IMG/VR virus record: IMGVR_UViG_3300024960_000061 | Coordinates: 1 to 57,981 of that record | DNA from: a virus | Lineage: Duplodnaviria; Caudoviricetes | Reading direction: 5' to 3' (one strand) | Length of the DNA: 57,981 nucleotides | In this document: positions 8,498 to 18,015 of the stretch, piece after piece | Numbering within the stretch: position 1 is the first letter of the stretch | Layout of the letters: every line of letters starts with the position of its first letter | Translations under genes and position numbers: made by a program | Notes under the pieces: generated by a model | What the model was told of the DNA's origin: nothing | The model's database searches: none | The model's input: only the letters and a program-made list of their open reading frames with translations

Positions 8498-8871
8498 GAC
8501 GGCCTCGCTCTCACGCGATCGCCGCCGATCGTGACCATGTCTCGCCGCGGAGGATGGAACGAGATGAGCACCACGTTCTCCTTCGTCTTGGTGTGGTGGA
8601 TTCGCAGCTTCACATAGAACCCACAGCCGCTGAGGGTCAGGGCGTACACGTCCGAAACGGGATGTTCATTGTCGTCAAACCGCTCGCAGAACCGGCTCTC
8701 CGTAAGGTTGGCAAGGGCCTTCTCGATTTCGTCTTTCGCATCGATGGGGTCCGCGTTGAGAGCTGTACAGACGGCGTCTAGGGTGTTCGAGGCGCGGTCG
8801 GGATCGATGCTCCACGATCCGCACCGGACCAAATCAACCACGTCACGCACCGGGTGGAGGGGACGCTTCAC
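8494..8871 (-). CDS. MqsR-like mRNA interferase toxin
   Basis: SDVY...FYVKL...VVLISFH motifs; directly upstream of a Zn-finger gene. Confidence 0.7.
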   Translation of the reverse strand: MKRPLHPVRDVVDLVRCGSWSIDPDRASNTLDAVCTALNADPIDAKDEIEKALANLTESRFCERFDDNEHPVSDVYALTLSGCGFYVKLRIHHTKTKENVVLISFHPPRRDMVTIGGDRVRARPS

Positions 8872-9128
8872 CTCTGTAGTTCCCGGCTCGCGTGTTCACC
8901 CCACCCCATGGAGCGGTAACGATGCCTCCTCCGTCGCTACGTTCGCAACGGGATTGATGGTTGTTGGTAGGGATATGGCCCTGAACATTCGTACCCCAAC
9001 GGGGTCCGAGGGACAAGGAGCGAGGCAGGGCAACTGATGCTGCGCACGAGATGGGAGGGGGCCGCCGCTGCGGACGCAGGGCGGCGGGCGCGGATCCGGC
9101 AGACACCGGCGCGGTAGTGGTCGGAAGG

Positions 9129-9221
9129 TCAGTACGTGCGCACCGGCCCGAAGGCCAGCGCCACGATCAGGGCGCCCGCGGCGACGTACGCGCCGACGCA
9201 GGTGAGGACCTCAGCGATCAC
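9129..9221 (-). CDS. 30-aa transmembrane peptide
   Basis: GTGA overlap with the endolysin stop; IAEVLTCVGAYVAAGALIVALAF. Confidence 0.45.
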   Translation of the reverse strand: MIAEVLTCVGAYVAAGALIVALAFGPVRTY

Positions 9222-10363
9222 GTGCACTGGAGGTGCGCGAGCAGCTCGGCGCCGATGCGTCCGTCGCCGTCGAGTGCGCGCGCGTGCAGCCAGCTCGTGG
9301 CGGCCGCCGTCGAGCGCGGTCCCCACGCGCCGTCGCCCACGACGCCCACGCGCCCCTGCGCCCAGGCGGTGATCACCGGCCAGTCGGTCTGCCCGAGGTC
9401 TGCGCCGAGCTCCCCGCGCTCGGCCGCGCAGAGCACCCGCAGCGCCTGGCGCCCGTCGTCGTCGAGCCGCGTCGGCGCCGCCCACAGAGCCAGCAGCTCC
9501 CGCGCGCCGACCGCCGCGGTGTCCCGCGCGTCGACGTGGTGGGCCTGGACGTAGGACCGCACTGGGACGGCCGGGTCGATCCACCCGAGCGTGGCCGCGC
9601 GGGTGTAGGAGGCCTGCGACGAGGCCACGCGTCGCTGCAGCGCACCGAGGCCCGCCATCGGCTGAGGCTTGCCCTCGGGCTTCGCGGGTGCGGCGTACCG
9701 CTGCGGAAGCTCGATGTCGACGGGGCCGCTCTTCGGGAGCCCGACGCCGGCGGCCTTCGCGACGGCCCCGCCGAGGTACGCGCTCCAGGGGTAGCCCTCC
9801 TCGTCGGCGTCGATGCGCCCGGCGTGGTCGCGCTCCTCGGGGTGGTAGTGCGGGTGGTCGTAGGCCGTGTGCCCCAGGAGCAGCCCCGGGCACTCGGCGC
9901 GGATGTGGTCGATCGCCTCGACGGCGAGGATGCGAGCGGCCGCAGGGTGGACCTTCCCGGCGGCCTCGCTGTTGATCACCAGCAGATCGGCGCCGATGTC
10001 CCGCGCGGCGCGCGCGGCCGGGAGGTACACGCGCTCGAGGATGCCGTCGACGGTGGCCTTGGTGACCTGCTCGACCCAGCCGTCCCAAGCGACGCCGACC
10101 CAGAGCGCGATGTCGGGCAAGACGGCGCGCACCTGCTCGGCGCAGCGTCGCGCGTCGGCTGCGAGGCCCTTCGGCCCGGCGTGGAGCTGCACGACAGCAG
10201 GGCGCGCCTCGCGCAACAGCGGGAGGGCGTCGTTGACCGCGCGCGGCAGGCCGTCGCCCGACCAGAGGGTGAGGGCGTGGCGGCGGGTGATGGGGCGCGG
10301 CGAGGCGCTCCGGCGGAGCTGCGCCTGCAGGCGGCCCTCGAGGGCGTCGATGGCGCCCGTCAC
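9218..10363 (-). CDS. Putative endolysin (glycoside-hydrolase-like domain plus peptidoglycan-binding domain)
   Basis: C-terminal AWAQ..GVVGDGAWGPRS...DGDGRIG peptidoglycan-binding pattern; position at the end of the late operon. Confidence 0.65.
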   Translation of the reverse strand: MTGAIDALEGRLQAQLRRSASPRPITRRHALTLWSGDGLPRAVNDALPLLREARPAVVQLHAGPKGLAADARRCAEQVRAVLPDIALWVGVAWDGWVEQVTKATVDGILERVYLPAARAARDIGADLLVINSEAAGKVHPAAARILAVEAIDHIRAECPGLLLGHTAYDHPHYHPEERDHAGRIDADEEGYPWSAYLGGAVAKAAGVGLPKSGPVDIELPQRYAAPAKPEGKPQPMAGLGALQRRVASSQASYTRAATLGWIDPAVPVRSYVQAHHVDARDTAAVGARELLALWAAPTRLDDDGRQALRVLCAAERGELGADLGQTDWPVITAWAQGRVGVVGDGAWGPRSTAAATSWLHARALDGDGRIGAELLAHLQCT

Positions 10364-11067
10364 GCCGGAACCTGTCCCTTCACGTCAGCGGCGTGCGTCT
10401 CCAGCCAGTCGATGGCGACCCGGGCCGCACGGACGTTGGGCACCCCGCCCTTGTCCATCGTGCGGTAGTGCGAGCGCAGCACCGCGCGCCCCATGTCGAC
10501 GCCCGCGCTCATGAGCGCGTAGTGCCGGCGCAGGCCTTCGGTGATCTCCTCGATGGGACGGCGGGCGCCGCCGCACCAGGCGCGGAGGGCCTCGGTGGTG
10601 GCGTACTGGTCGCCTTCGATCTTGCCCAGGTACTCCGCGGCGTCCTTCGTCGCGATCGAGCAGAGGTAGAGCGCCGTGTGCGTGGTCGACCGGGGCCACC
10701 AGCCGGCGTCGACGCCGTCCTTGTCCTGCCCGACGTGACCGCCCTCGTGGGGGCCGACGAGGATGCGCGTCAGCGCCTTCTCGGGCGTGTACCAGCTCCG
10801 CGGGAGCGCGATGGTGGAACCGATGGTGGTGCCGAACTCCGAGAGGTACGCGGGCCCGGTGGGCAGCCCGATCTTCGGCACGTCGAGGGAGAGGAACGAC
10901 GCGAGCTCGCGCACCTTGTCGACCCCATCGCCCACCGCGTCGAAGGCCCCGGCGATGACCCGGTGGAGGGCCTGCTCCTCCTTCACGACGAAGGTGCAGC
11001 CGAACTCCTTCTCGATGGCGAGCTGCAGCCCGTCGGCGACCTGATGGAGGCGCTCGAGGGCGATCAC
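10360..11067 (-). CDS. HExxH zinc metallopeptidase-like protein
   Basis: TTIG..I..P and HEGGHVGQ with downstream E (KIEGDQY); GTGA coupling on both sides. Confidence 0.6.
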   Translation of the reverse strand: MIALERLHQVADGLQLAIEKEFGCTFVVKEEQALHRVIAGAFDAVGDGVDKVRELASFLSLDVPKIGLPTGPAYLSEFGTTIGSTIALPRSWYTPEKALTRILVGPHEGGHVGQDKDGVDAGWWPRSTTHTALYLCSIATKDAAEYLGKIEGDQYATTEALRAWCGGARRPIEEITEGLRRHYALMSAGVDMGRAVLRSHYRTMDKGGVPNVRAARVAIDWLETHAADVKGQVPA

Positions 11068-11906
11068 CGCGCACCCCCGTCCGCCGCGGGCGCACAGGAG
11101 CCGACGCCGTCGGCATCGATCACGCACACTCGGCCCGTGCGGTCGCAGGGCTCGTCACCCATGGGGGTGAGCTCGCCGGTCCCGGCCGCGCAGTAGTGGG
11201 GCTGGTTGCGGACGCAGGAGTACTCCCCTCGCGCGCCGCAGGCCGGGCGGTTCCAGTTGGGGCACCCCATGAGCCCGAGGCCCACGCCGAACACGACGGC
11301 GAGTAGCCACGCGACATAGAGCAGCGACCCGAAGTCGACGCTCCCGCGCTGGCCACTGGGCGCGCCCAGGGGGAGGGTGGCCGCGCGCATCGGCGAGGTC
11401 GTCGGGTCGCGCAGGATCTCCGCGACGAGGCCTGCGAGCTCGGCCGGGGTGGCGGTGGTGGCCACCGGCGCCGGCGTGCGGAGCTTCTGCACCTGCGCCT
11501 CGGCGATGCGCTCCAGCAGCTTCGTGGTGCTCTCGATGTCGAGGGCCGTGAGCGCGCGCAGCTGCGTGAGCGAGTCGCCGCCGAGGTGCCAGAGGTCGGT
11601 CACCACGCGGCGCAGGTAGCGCGGTCCGTCGATGGCGGGGTTCCAGGCGCCCGGCTTCGAGGGGTCCTTGAGGTCGCGGACCTCGGCCTCGGTGGAGAGC
11701 ACGAGCGTCGCGGCGAGGGCCGTCAGCGCGTCGAGGGAGGCTCCGACGGCGATGGCCGCGGCGCCCTTGGCGTCGGCGCTCTGGCGCGCGCGGTAGGCCC
11801 GCAGCGCGAGCACCTTGGCGCGCGCGAGCGGGAGCAGCGCGATCGACACGAGGGCGATCGCGAGGACGATGAGGAGGGGAGCGTGGGAGTGGATCCAGGG
11901 GAGCAT
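11064..11906 (-). CDS. Membrane protein (holin-like) with C-terminal lipobox-like Cys-rich region
   Basis: N-terminal TM; second TM ending LMGC followed by a Cys-rich tail. Confidence 0.55.
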   Translation of the reverse strand: MLPWIHSHAPLLIVLAIALVSIALLPLARAKVLALRAYRARQSADAKGAAAIAVGASLDALTALAATLVLSTEAEVRDLKDPSKPGAWNPAIDGPRYLRRVVTDLWHLGGDSLTQLRALTALDIESTTKLLERIAEAQVQKLRTPAPVATTATPAELAGLVAEILRDPTTSPMRAATLPLGAPSGQRGSVDFGSLLYVAWLLAVVFGVGLGLMGCPNWNRPACGARGEYSCVRNQPHYCAAGTGELTPMGDEPCDRTGRVCVIDADGVGSCAPAADGGAR

Positions 11907-11996
11907 GGACGGGGGCCTTTCCGCGGCCGATGCGGCGCGTAGGTGGAGCGAGGCGGTGTTGCAGGAAGCGGCAGACCCTGACGGCCTGCCGGTGGG

Positions 11997-12383
11997 TCAG
12001 CGGGAGGGGGTGCGCGGCCGGTCGTCGGGTCGCGGCGCCAGCGCGAGATCGAGCTGGATGCGGAGCGCGCGGAGGTCGCTCTGGATGGCCGCAAGCGTGT
12101 CGCGCGTCGTGCGGTCGTCCGTGGCGCGCTGCGCGGTCTCGGCTCGCGTCTCGGTACGAAGCTCGCCGAGCTGCTGCTGGAGCACCACGGTCTGCGCAGC
12201 GGTGTCGCGTGCGAGGTCGCGGGTGGCCACCGCGTGCATCCCGAGGCCGCCGAGCATCAGCAGCGCGACGAAGCCCATGCCGCGCGCGAAGAAGTAGGCG
12301 TTCTCGAGGTCGCGCACGCGGCGCTCCGGGTCCGTCGGGACCGCCGCACGTTGCTGCGAGGTGTCGGGGTTGGAGTCGGTCAC
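11997..12383 (-). CDS. Single-TM coiled-coil protein (lysis-associated?)
   Basis: GTGA overlap; GMGFVALLMLGGLG TM then a coiled coil. Confidence 0.55.
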   Translation of the reverse strand: MTDSNPDTSQQRAAVPTDPERRVRDLENAYFFARGMGFVALLMLGGLGMHAVATRDLARDTAAQTVVLQQQLGELRTETRAETAQRATDDRTTRDTLAAIQSDLRALRIQLDLALAPRPDDRPRTPSR

Positions 12384-13111
12384 GGCGTCGCCCACGCGGG
12401 GGCGCCCGCGACGATCTTGATCACCTGGCCGTCGGTGCCGGGCGGGAGGACCGTCCCGGCGCCGCCGCTGCCGAACACCAGCATCGAGCCCGCCACGGTC
12501 CCCTCTTCGAGGAGGATCGCCCGGACCTTCGTGAACACCACGTCGCTCGTGTCGAGCGAGAATCCCCCGGGGACTGTGAGCTGGTAGAGGCTGCCCTCCT
12601 CCTGATCGAGCAGGGCGAGCCCGGTGGCGAAGTCCACTGAGGTGTCGAAGTCCGCGCGGCGAGTGAACACCGCGAGCCTGCCGCCGGGGTCGTCCGCGCC
12701 CGTGTCGGTGACGGTGTAGACGCCGGTGGTGCTGAGGCTCGTCGACTGGAAGCGGAAGAGGATGCTCGTGCCCAGGCTGAGGCCGAAGCCCGTCACGTCC
12801 ATGTTCGAGCCCGCGGTGAGGGTCTTCGCGATCGGGTCGTAGACCATCGTCGCGAGTGGCCCGGCGTCCAGGCCAGTGACGCTGAGCACGAGGGCCACGG
12901 GGTCGCGCATCGTGAGCGAACAACCGGAGAGGGCCGCGACGAGCGCCGTCGCACCGACGTCCGTGGCATCGGGCATAGCGTGGACGTGGCCCGCGTCCGA
13001 CGCCTCGCCCGTGGAGCCCGCGACGGCGGTACCCAGGGGCTCCGGGGTCGCGGTGGAGAGGGAGGCGCCGTTGCCTGCGCCCTGTGCGATGCCGTTGACT
13101 CCGAGCGCCAT
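12380..13111 (-). CDS. Putative tail-fibre-associated structural protein
   Basis: Gly/Ala/Thr-rich; C-terminal LPPGTDGQVIKIVAGAPAW fibre-like motif. Confidence 0.5.
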   Translation of the reverse strand: MALGVNGIAQGAGNGASLSTATPEPLGTAVAGSTGEASDAGHVHAMPDATDVGATALVAALSGCSLTMRDPVALVLSVTGLDAGPLATMVYDPIAKTLTAGSNMDVTGFGLSLGTSILFRFQSTSLSTTGVYTVTDTGADDPGGRLAVFTRRADFDTSVDFATGLALLDQEEGSLYQLTVPGGFSLDTSDVVFTKVRAILLEEGTVAGSMLVFGSGGAGTVLPPGTDGQVIKIVAGAPAWATP

Positions 13112-13114
13112 GGC

Positions 13115-13477
13115 CTAGGTCCCCACCAGGTCGAGCGCGACGTTGCCCGCCGCGGCGGCCGTGACCTCGACGTCGAGCTGCTCGGCGACGGAGGTGCCGT
13201 AGAGGTCGTACACGCGCTGCGAGGCGCCGTCGGCGATCGGGAGCCCCGTGGAGACCGACTCCCACGGGCCCCAGCCGCCGTCCGCGCGGTTGCGGAAGCG
13301 CACGCGCAGGGCGGTGATCGCGGCCGCCGTGTTGTTGGTGAGGATCAGCGACCAGCGCGGGGCGCGCGCGAGGGTCAGCGGCGACCGTCCGGTGGTGGCC
13401 GAGAGGACGGTCACTCCGAGGATGACGGCCCACGCGGGCACCACCTGGTCGGCGACGGGGATGGGGTGATGGGACAT
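13115..13477 (-). CDS. Hypothetical virion protein (beta-rich)
   Basis: MSHHPIP...LDLVGT, within the late operon. Confidence 0.55.
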   Translation of the reverse strand: MSHHPIPVADQVVPAWAVILGVTVLSATTGRSPLTLARAPRWSLILTNNTAAAITALRVRFRNRADGGWGPWESVSTGLPIADGASQRVYDLYGTSVAEQLDVEVTAAAAGNVALDLVGT

Positions 13478-13548
13478 GAGGGCTCCAGGGCGGCAGGTGG
13501 CCGCGGTGGCGTGCGTGGCGATGGAAGGGGAGACGAAGGCGGCGCGGG

Positions 13549-14427
13549 CTACTCGGTGAACCCGAGCACGTCGATCGTGTAGGTCGCAGTCGCGTTGGAG
13601 AGCGCGACGCCGTAGCCGATCGCCAGGTCCGCGTCGGGCGTCACCTCGAGCTCGGTGGTCAGCGTGGCGATTGCCTCGTTGCCGCTCGCGTTCGGGCTCG
13701 CCTTCGCCAGCTGAGAGGCGAACGTTGCCCCGTCGCGCTCGTAGAGGGACAGCGTCCCGAGGCCGTTGGCACCCGTGCTGATGGCGTCGATCTCCGCCCG
13801 GATGATCGCGGTGCGAGCGTGCGGCGGGAGCGTGGGAGCGAGCGGGAGCGCGGTCAGGCCCGCCGCGGCCGTGTCGGTGAAGCGGAGCCCGTCGCTGGCG
13901 AAGTCGCTGTTGACCGAAACCATCGCGCTCCGGCGGTACAGGTAGCGCCCGCCCGTCGCGCGGAAGGGGATCACCGCGCCCGCGGCATCGGTGCGGAAGC
14001 ACCCGAGGTAGCGGTGCGTCCCGAGCCCCGTCGACTTCCACGTCTTTGAGGCGTCGGGTGCGTCGAGGCTGTGCTGCAGCGCGAGCGCCCCGGCGTTGTC
14101 GTAGGCGTAGATGTAGCGCCACGCGGACGCGGCCGAGAGAGCGCCCGGCACCTCGAAGGTGTCGGCCGTCGCGGCGAGCAACTTCTCGCCGATCACGACG
14201 GACAGGATCTTGTCGACGAACACGCCGGTGCCCGAGACGGGCGTGTCGCAGCGGATGCGACCGCTCCAGAGGAGCGCGCCGGAGAGCGCGTTGAGCAGCA
14301 CGCGGGTGCGGCGCGCGAGCTTCCCGAGCGGGGTCGACACGCTCGCCGCGGTGCGCGGGTCCCCGCCGACCGGAACGGGGATGGTGCTGTCGAAGGTGAC
14401 GGGCGTTTCGGTGACGTCGACGGGCAT
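13549..14427 (-). CDS. Tail fibre / receptor-binding-like protein
   Basis: Follows the baseplate I-like gene; LARRT..L N-terminal anchor and WRYIY, RYLGCFRTD motifs. Confidence 0.55.
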   Translation of the reverse strand: MPVDVTETPVTFDSTIPVPVGGDPRTAASVSTPLGKLARRTRVLLNALSGALLWSGRIRCDTPVSGTGVFVDKILSVVIGEKLLAATADTFEVPGALSAASAWRYIYAYDNAGALALQHSLDAPDASKTWKSTGLGTHRYLGCFRTDAAGAVIPFRATGGRYLYRRSAMVSVNSDFASDGLRFTDTAAAGLTALPLAPTLPPHARTAIIRAEIDAISTGANGLGTLSLYERDGATFASQLAKASPNASGNEAIATLTTELEVTPDADLAIGYGVALSNATATYTIDVLGFTE

Positions 14428-14430
14428 GGG

Positions 14431-15111
14431 TTAGATCCTCACTTCGAAGAAGGCTGGGTCATCGACCCAGGTGTCGTCGGTCGCGTGTTCTGGGACGATC
14501 TCCCCGCCGTCCCAGATGCCGCCGTCGTCGTAGTGGTCGGTCGCTCCGAAGAGGAACCGCAGCCACCCGGCGTCGCGCGCGTTGGTCACCTGGCGGAAGA
14601 AGGCGCGCAGCCCCGGGGCCTCGTCGGCGCTCAGGTCGCTGTCCCAGGTGCCGCCGTCGTCGTAGTCGCCAGCGTCGGCCCAGGTGCCATCGGCCGTGAA
14701 GCCGTGCGACGCGGAGGGGATCACCATCCACCAGCGGGCCCAGAGGTCGGGGCGCCCCTGAGGCCAGTCGCGCCCGGTGAAGAGCGCGGGGCCGGTGACG
14801 CCGTAGAGAGCGCCCGCGTTGACCAGCGCGGTCTGCGTGCCGGCCCAGACCCAAGTGTCCCATCCCCCCGCGATGCGCGCGCGGTACTGGCTGCTTGTGA
14901 ACCCCGGGAGGGGCAGGATCGCCGCGTCGGCGCCGAGCATCGGGAGAGCGTCGTCCGGGCAGCGCAGCACCAGGCCCGCGTCGACCGCATCGACCGCGAG
15001 GGTGACTACGCGGTCCTTCATCGTGCCCTGCGAGCGGCCCCACGACGTGCCGTAGGGGCCCGCGAGCGCCGTCGGGTAGAGCCCGGGCTGGAAGTCTCGA
15101 TAGAGGGTCAT
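14431..15111 (-). CDS. Baseplate wedge protein (P2 gpI-like)
   Basis: PDDALPMLG..., YRARI..W..W..AGT; DDGGTWD repeats. Confidence 0.65.
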   Translation of the reverse strand: MTLYRDFQPGLYPTALAGPYGTSWGRSQGTMKDRVVTLAVDAVDAGLVLRCPDDALPMLGADAAILPLPGFTSSQYRARIAGGWDTWVWAGTQTALVNAGALYGVTGPALFTGRDWPQGRPDLWARWWMVIPSASHGFTADGTWADAGDYDDGGTWDSDLSADEAPGLRAFFRQVTNARDAGWLRFLFGATDHYDDGGIWDGGEIVPEHATDDTWVDDPAFFEVRI

Positions 15112-15200
15112 GCGTGTCCGGCCTTCGGACAGTGCTCGGAGCTCTGTCGCGGGGTGGTGGCGGGCGGGGACGGGGGGCGGTTAGCGTCGCGAGCGTGGCC

Positions 15201-15359
15201 CTACGCCGTGCGTCGATCCCACCAGTAGTTGAGCGCGACCGTCAGGGAGACGAAGAGCGCGAGCCCGGCGAGGCCGCGTGCCTGGTCGGCGGGAGGGGTG
15301 AGACGCTCCGCGAGCGTGGTCAACGCGCTCGCAACGACGACGGTCAGGAGCACTTTCAT
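15201..15359 (-). CDS. Small membrane protein (two hydrophobic segments)
   Basis: MKVLLTVVVASAL...LAGLALFVSLTVALNYWW. Confidence 0.5.
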   Translation of the reverse strand: MKVLLTVVVASALTTLAERLTPPADQARGLAGLALFVSLTVALNYWWDRRTA

Positions 15360-15406
15360 CCGCCGCAGCGTGGTTCGACCGACAGCCGACATCAAGGAGC
15401 CTCCCG

Positions 15407-16240
15407 GTGAGCGACGACAAGAAGCAGAGCGGATCCGACACAGGGACAGCAGCGCTGGTGATCGCGAGCGCAGTCGTGGGGGCGGACATCTATGACAAGA
15501 CGAAGCACACGCCGCTTGCGGTCGCGGTCGGCACCCTGGGCGCTGGCGCAGCCGTGTGGGGCCGGATCTCCGGACGCGTGAAGGAGCGCTTCGATCGGTT
15601 CATGGCGTCGTGGTCGAGCCAGGCCGAATCGGAGCTTCCGCCGCCAGGCGAAGAACGCGACCGCGCCGTTGAAGAGTCGGGCGACGTGCTGATCGAGCAT
15701 GTGCAGTTGCTCATGCGCGCGCTCGATCCTGCGGTCATCCCGGCGCTAGGGCGGCTCGCCGCTCCCTATATCGCGGGTGCAAAGCCTGACGCGTTCTTCC
15801 GAGGCGCTACCCGGATGATCTCGGAGTTCTCCGAAGGCCAACTCGTCGACGCGCAGCGCATCTTCCATGCGACATGGGGAGTCCCGGTCGATATATCCGG
15901 CGCGTATGTGAGCACTTCCGGGCCACCCTTTAGAGTCTATTGGAGAGAAACCAAGATCCGCTTGAAGGGCGGTTGGCTGGTCAAGGTGCCCTGGGCGATC
16001 GATGATGCCGAACCCGTGTTCCGCGCGATGCGGCTGGCCGGTTTGGCGGACAACGACCCGATGGGCTCCTCAGACTTTTCTGTGGGCCCGGGGCTTCTCT
16101 ACCTGCCCCGCAACATCATTACGCGCCTAGCGAGAGCGCTCGGCCCTCCGACAGGCGACTCCCCGCCCGCTCCCCCGGACGACCCGGTCCCCACCCCTGT
16201 GGCACCGCCGTCGCGATCCGGCGCCGCCGACCCTCGGTGA
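15407..16240 (+). CDS. Hypothetical accessory protein (moron)
   Basis: AAGGAG RBS then GTG; opposite strand to the tail genes; lower GC. Confidence 0.7.
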   Translation: MSDDKKQSGSDTGTAALVIASAVVGADIYDKTKHTPLAVAVGTLGAGAAVWGRISGRVKERFDRFMASWSSQAESELPPPGEERDRAVEESGDVLIEHVQLLMRALDPAVIPALGRLAAPYIAGAKPDAFFRGATRMISEFSEGQLVDAQRIFHATWGVPVDISGAYVSTSGPPFRVYWRETKIRLKGGWLVKVPWAIDDAEPVFRAMRLAGLADNDPMGSSDFSVGPGLLYLPRNIITRLARALGPPTGDSPPAPPDDPVPTPVAPPSRSGAADPR

Positions 16241-16272
16241 CGTCCCCAGCCCGGCCCGCGTATCTTCCGGCC

Positions 16273-16833
16273 ATGCGCCCTCTCTTCCTCGCAGCCCTCC
16301 TAGCCGCCTGCGCCGCTGACCCCGTCCTGCTGCCCGACTCCGGGCCGTGCTCGAGCGCGTGTGGCGCTGGCACCGTCTGCCAGGGCGGGGCCTGCGTGGC
16401 GGTCGATGCTGGAGCGCTAGATGCGGGAGCGCGCTGCACGCCCGGCACTCAAGGCACCTGCGCCTGCCTGCCCGGACCTATGCGGGCCGTCTTCGTGTGC
16501 CCCGCGAGCGGGGTGCCGCCGGAGACGTGCCCGTGCAGCGAGGACGTCGACGGCGCGGTGCGCGACGTCCAGGTGCTCGACATCCCGGACGTGCCGCACG
16601 ATCAGAGCGTCGACAACGGCCCGCCGGACACCGGGGCGGTGGATGCCGGGAGAGACGTACCTGTTGTCGATGCAGGGCGCTGCCCGAGCGGGCCTGTCGG
16701 CGAGTGCGACGGGCGGAACGTGAGCCTCGTCACCGGGGAGAGGGATATCGACGGGCGGGTGCGGTTCTGCGGCGCCTGCAACGTGACCTGCGCTGCGGGC
16801 GAGGTCTGCGCCTCGTGTCGCTGCGGGCGATGA
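16273..16833 (+). CDS. Cys-rich lipoprotein of myxobacterial type
   Basis: Signal MRPLFLAALLAAC; DAG repeats; CGACNVTCAAGEVC. Confidence 0.75.
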   Translation: MRPLFLAALLAACAADPVLLPDSGPCSSACGAGTVCQGGACVAVDAGALDAGARCTPGTQGTCACLPGPMRAVFVCPASGVPPETCPCSEDVDGAVRDVQVLDIPDVPHDQSVDNGPPDTGAVDAGRDVPVVDAGRCPSGPVGECDGRNVSLVTGERDIDGRVRFCGACNVTCAAGEVCASCRCGR

Positions 16834-18015
16834 CTACGAGAAGTTGATCGTCGAGGCGTCCACCGTGGCAATAGTGAGGGCCGGGATGGCGACATCGCCG
16901 CAGTTGAGGTCCACGTCGATCAGGAGGCCCTGCACCGCAGCGAAGATGCTGTACGCGATGGCGGCCTCGTCGACGAAGATGTCCGTGCTGCCGTTCCCCA
17001 TCGGGAGCCCGTTGACGTAGTTCTCGACCGCGAGCTGCACCTTCGCTTGATTCGTAAGGGTGCTCTGCCCCGCCTTGAACCTCACGGTGGACGTCGACAG
17101 GTCCACGGCGACGGTGGCCGAGTGATTGATCGTCACCGTATCAGTGAGGGGCTTCCGGCTCGCGACGAACACCCGCACCGCGTTGCGCTGGGAGTCCGTT
17201 AGTAGGCCGCTGGACCCCGCGATGGCAATGCCCACCTCCCCGGTCCCGGTCGCGACGGTGAACCCTACGCGGGTCACGCCGCAGTTGGTGCCGGTGGCCG
17301 TGTTGTCCATCGTCGCCGAGCGCAGGACGTAGCTGTAAGCATCCTGCGTCCCCGCGCCGAACGCGATCGTGGCCCATCGCCCCCGACATCTCGCAACGAG
17401 AGAGGCGTTGCTCTCGCGGGCGATGGCCATCTCGATATCAATCCAGTCCGTGCCGCTCGCGGCGCTGACGGACATACCCGCCGCGGCGGGGGCGACGATG
17501 GAGGCGCCCGCGAGCGAGCGGTTGTAGGCCGTCCCCTCGCCCTCGGCGCGCACCGGGATCGTCACGCTCCCGTTGTTGGGGACGATGACGCCGGTGCTGT
17601 TGGTGCTGCGGTAGAGGTAGCCGCCTGCGGGGGTCGTTATGACCAGTCCCGCGGGCGGGATGGTCTCGGGTCCGGCGAGCGCGCTGCATGTGAGCGTGAC
17701 GGTTCCCTGCGCCCGCGTGGCCTGCACTCTGTCGAGAGCAAAGGTGCTACGGGCCCGCAGATCGAGCCACGCGCCGTCATCGTCGAGCGCCGCAGCGGTG
17801 TCGAGGAAGGCCGCGGCGGCGAGCTTCGCCACGGTGACGTGGACGTCTTCCAGCGCGCGCGCATCAGCGACCACGAGGGTGCGCAGGATCGAACCCGGCT
17901 GCATCGCGGTCGGCCCGATGGGAGGGTCGGCCGCACCGAGCACCGCCAGGGCTTCGTCGATGAGCTGGTTCTCGGTCTTCGGCGTAAGGACTTCGTCGAC
18001 GCTGGTGATGCTCAT
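16834..18015 (-). CDS. Baseplate J-like protein
   Basis: ATRAQGTVTLT, AEGEGTAYN, ESNASLVARC, GTQDAY motifs. Confidence 0.85.
   Translation of the reverse strand: MSITSVDEVLTPKTENQLIDEALAVLGAADPPIGPTAMQPGSILRTLVVADARALEDVHVTVAKLAAAAFLDTAAALDDDGAWLDLRARSTFALDRVQATRAQGTVTLTCSALAGPETIPPAGLVITTPAGGYLYRSTNSTGVIVPNNGSVTIPVRAEGEGTAYNRSLAGASIVAPAAAGMSVSAASGTDWIDIEMAIARESNASLVARCRGRWATIAFGAGTQDAYSYVLRSATMDNTATGTNCGVTRVGFTVATGTGEVGIAIAGSSGLLTDSQRNAVRVFVASRKPLTDTVTINHSATVAVDLSTSTVRFKAGQSTLTNQAKVQLAVENYVNGLPMGNGSTDIFVDEAAIAYSIFAAVQGLLIDVDLNCGDVAIPALTIATVDASTINFS

Noticed and set aside
12380-14427. Diversity-generating retroelement or invertible tail-fibre switch
   Set aside because: No reverse transcriptase, template/variable repeat pair or adjacent invertase seen.
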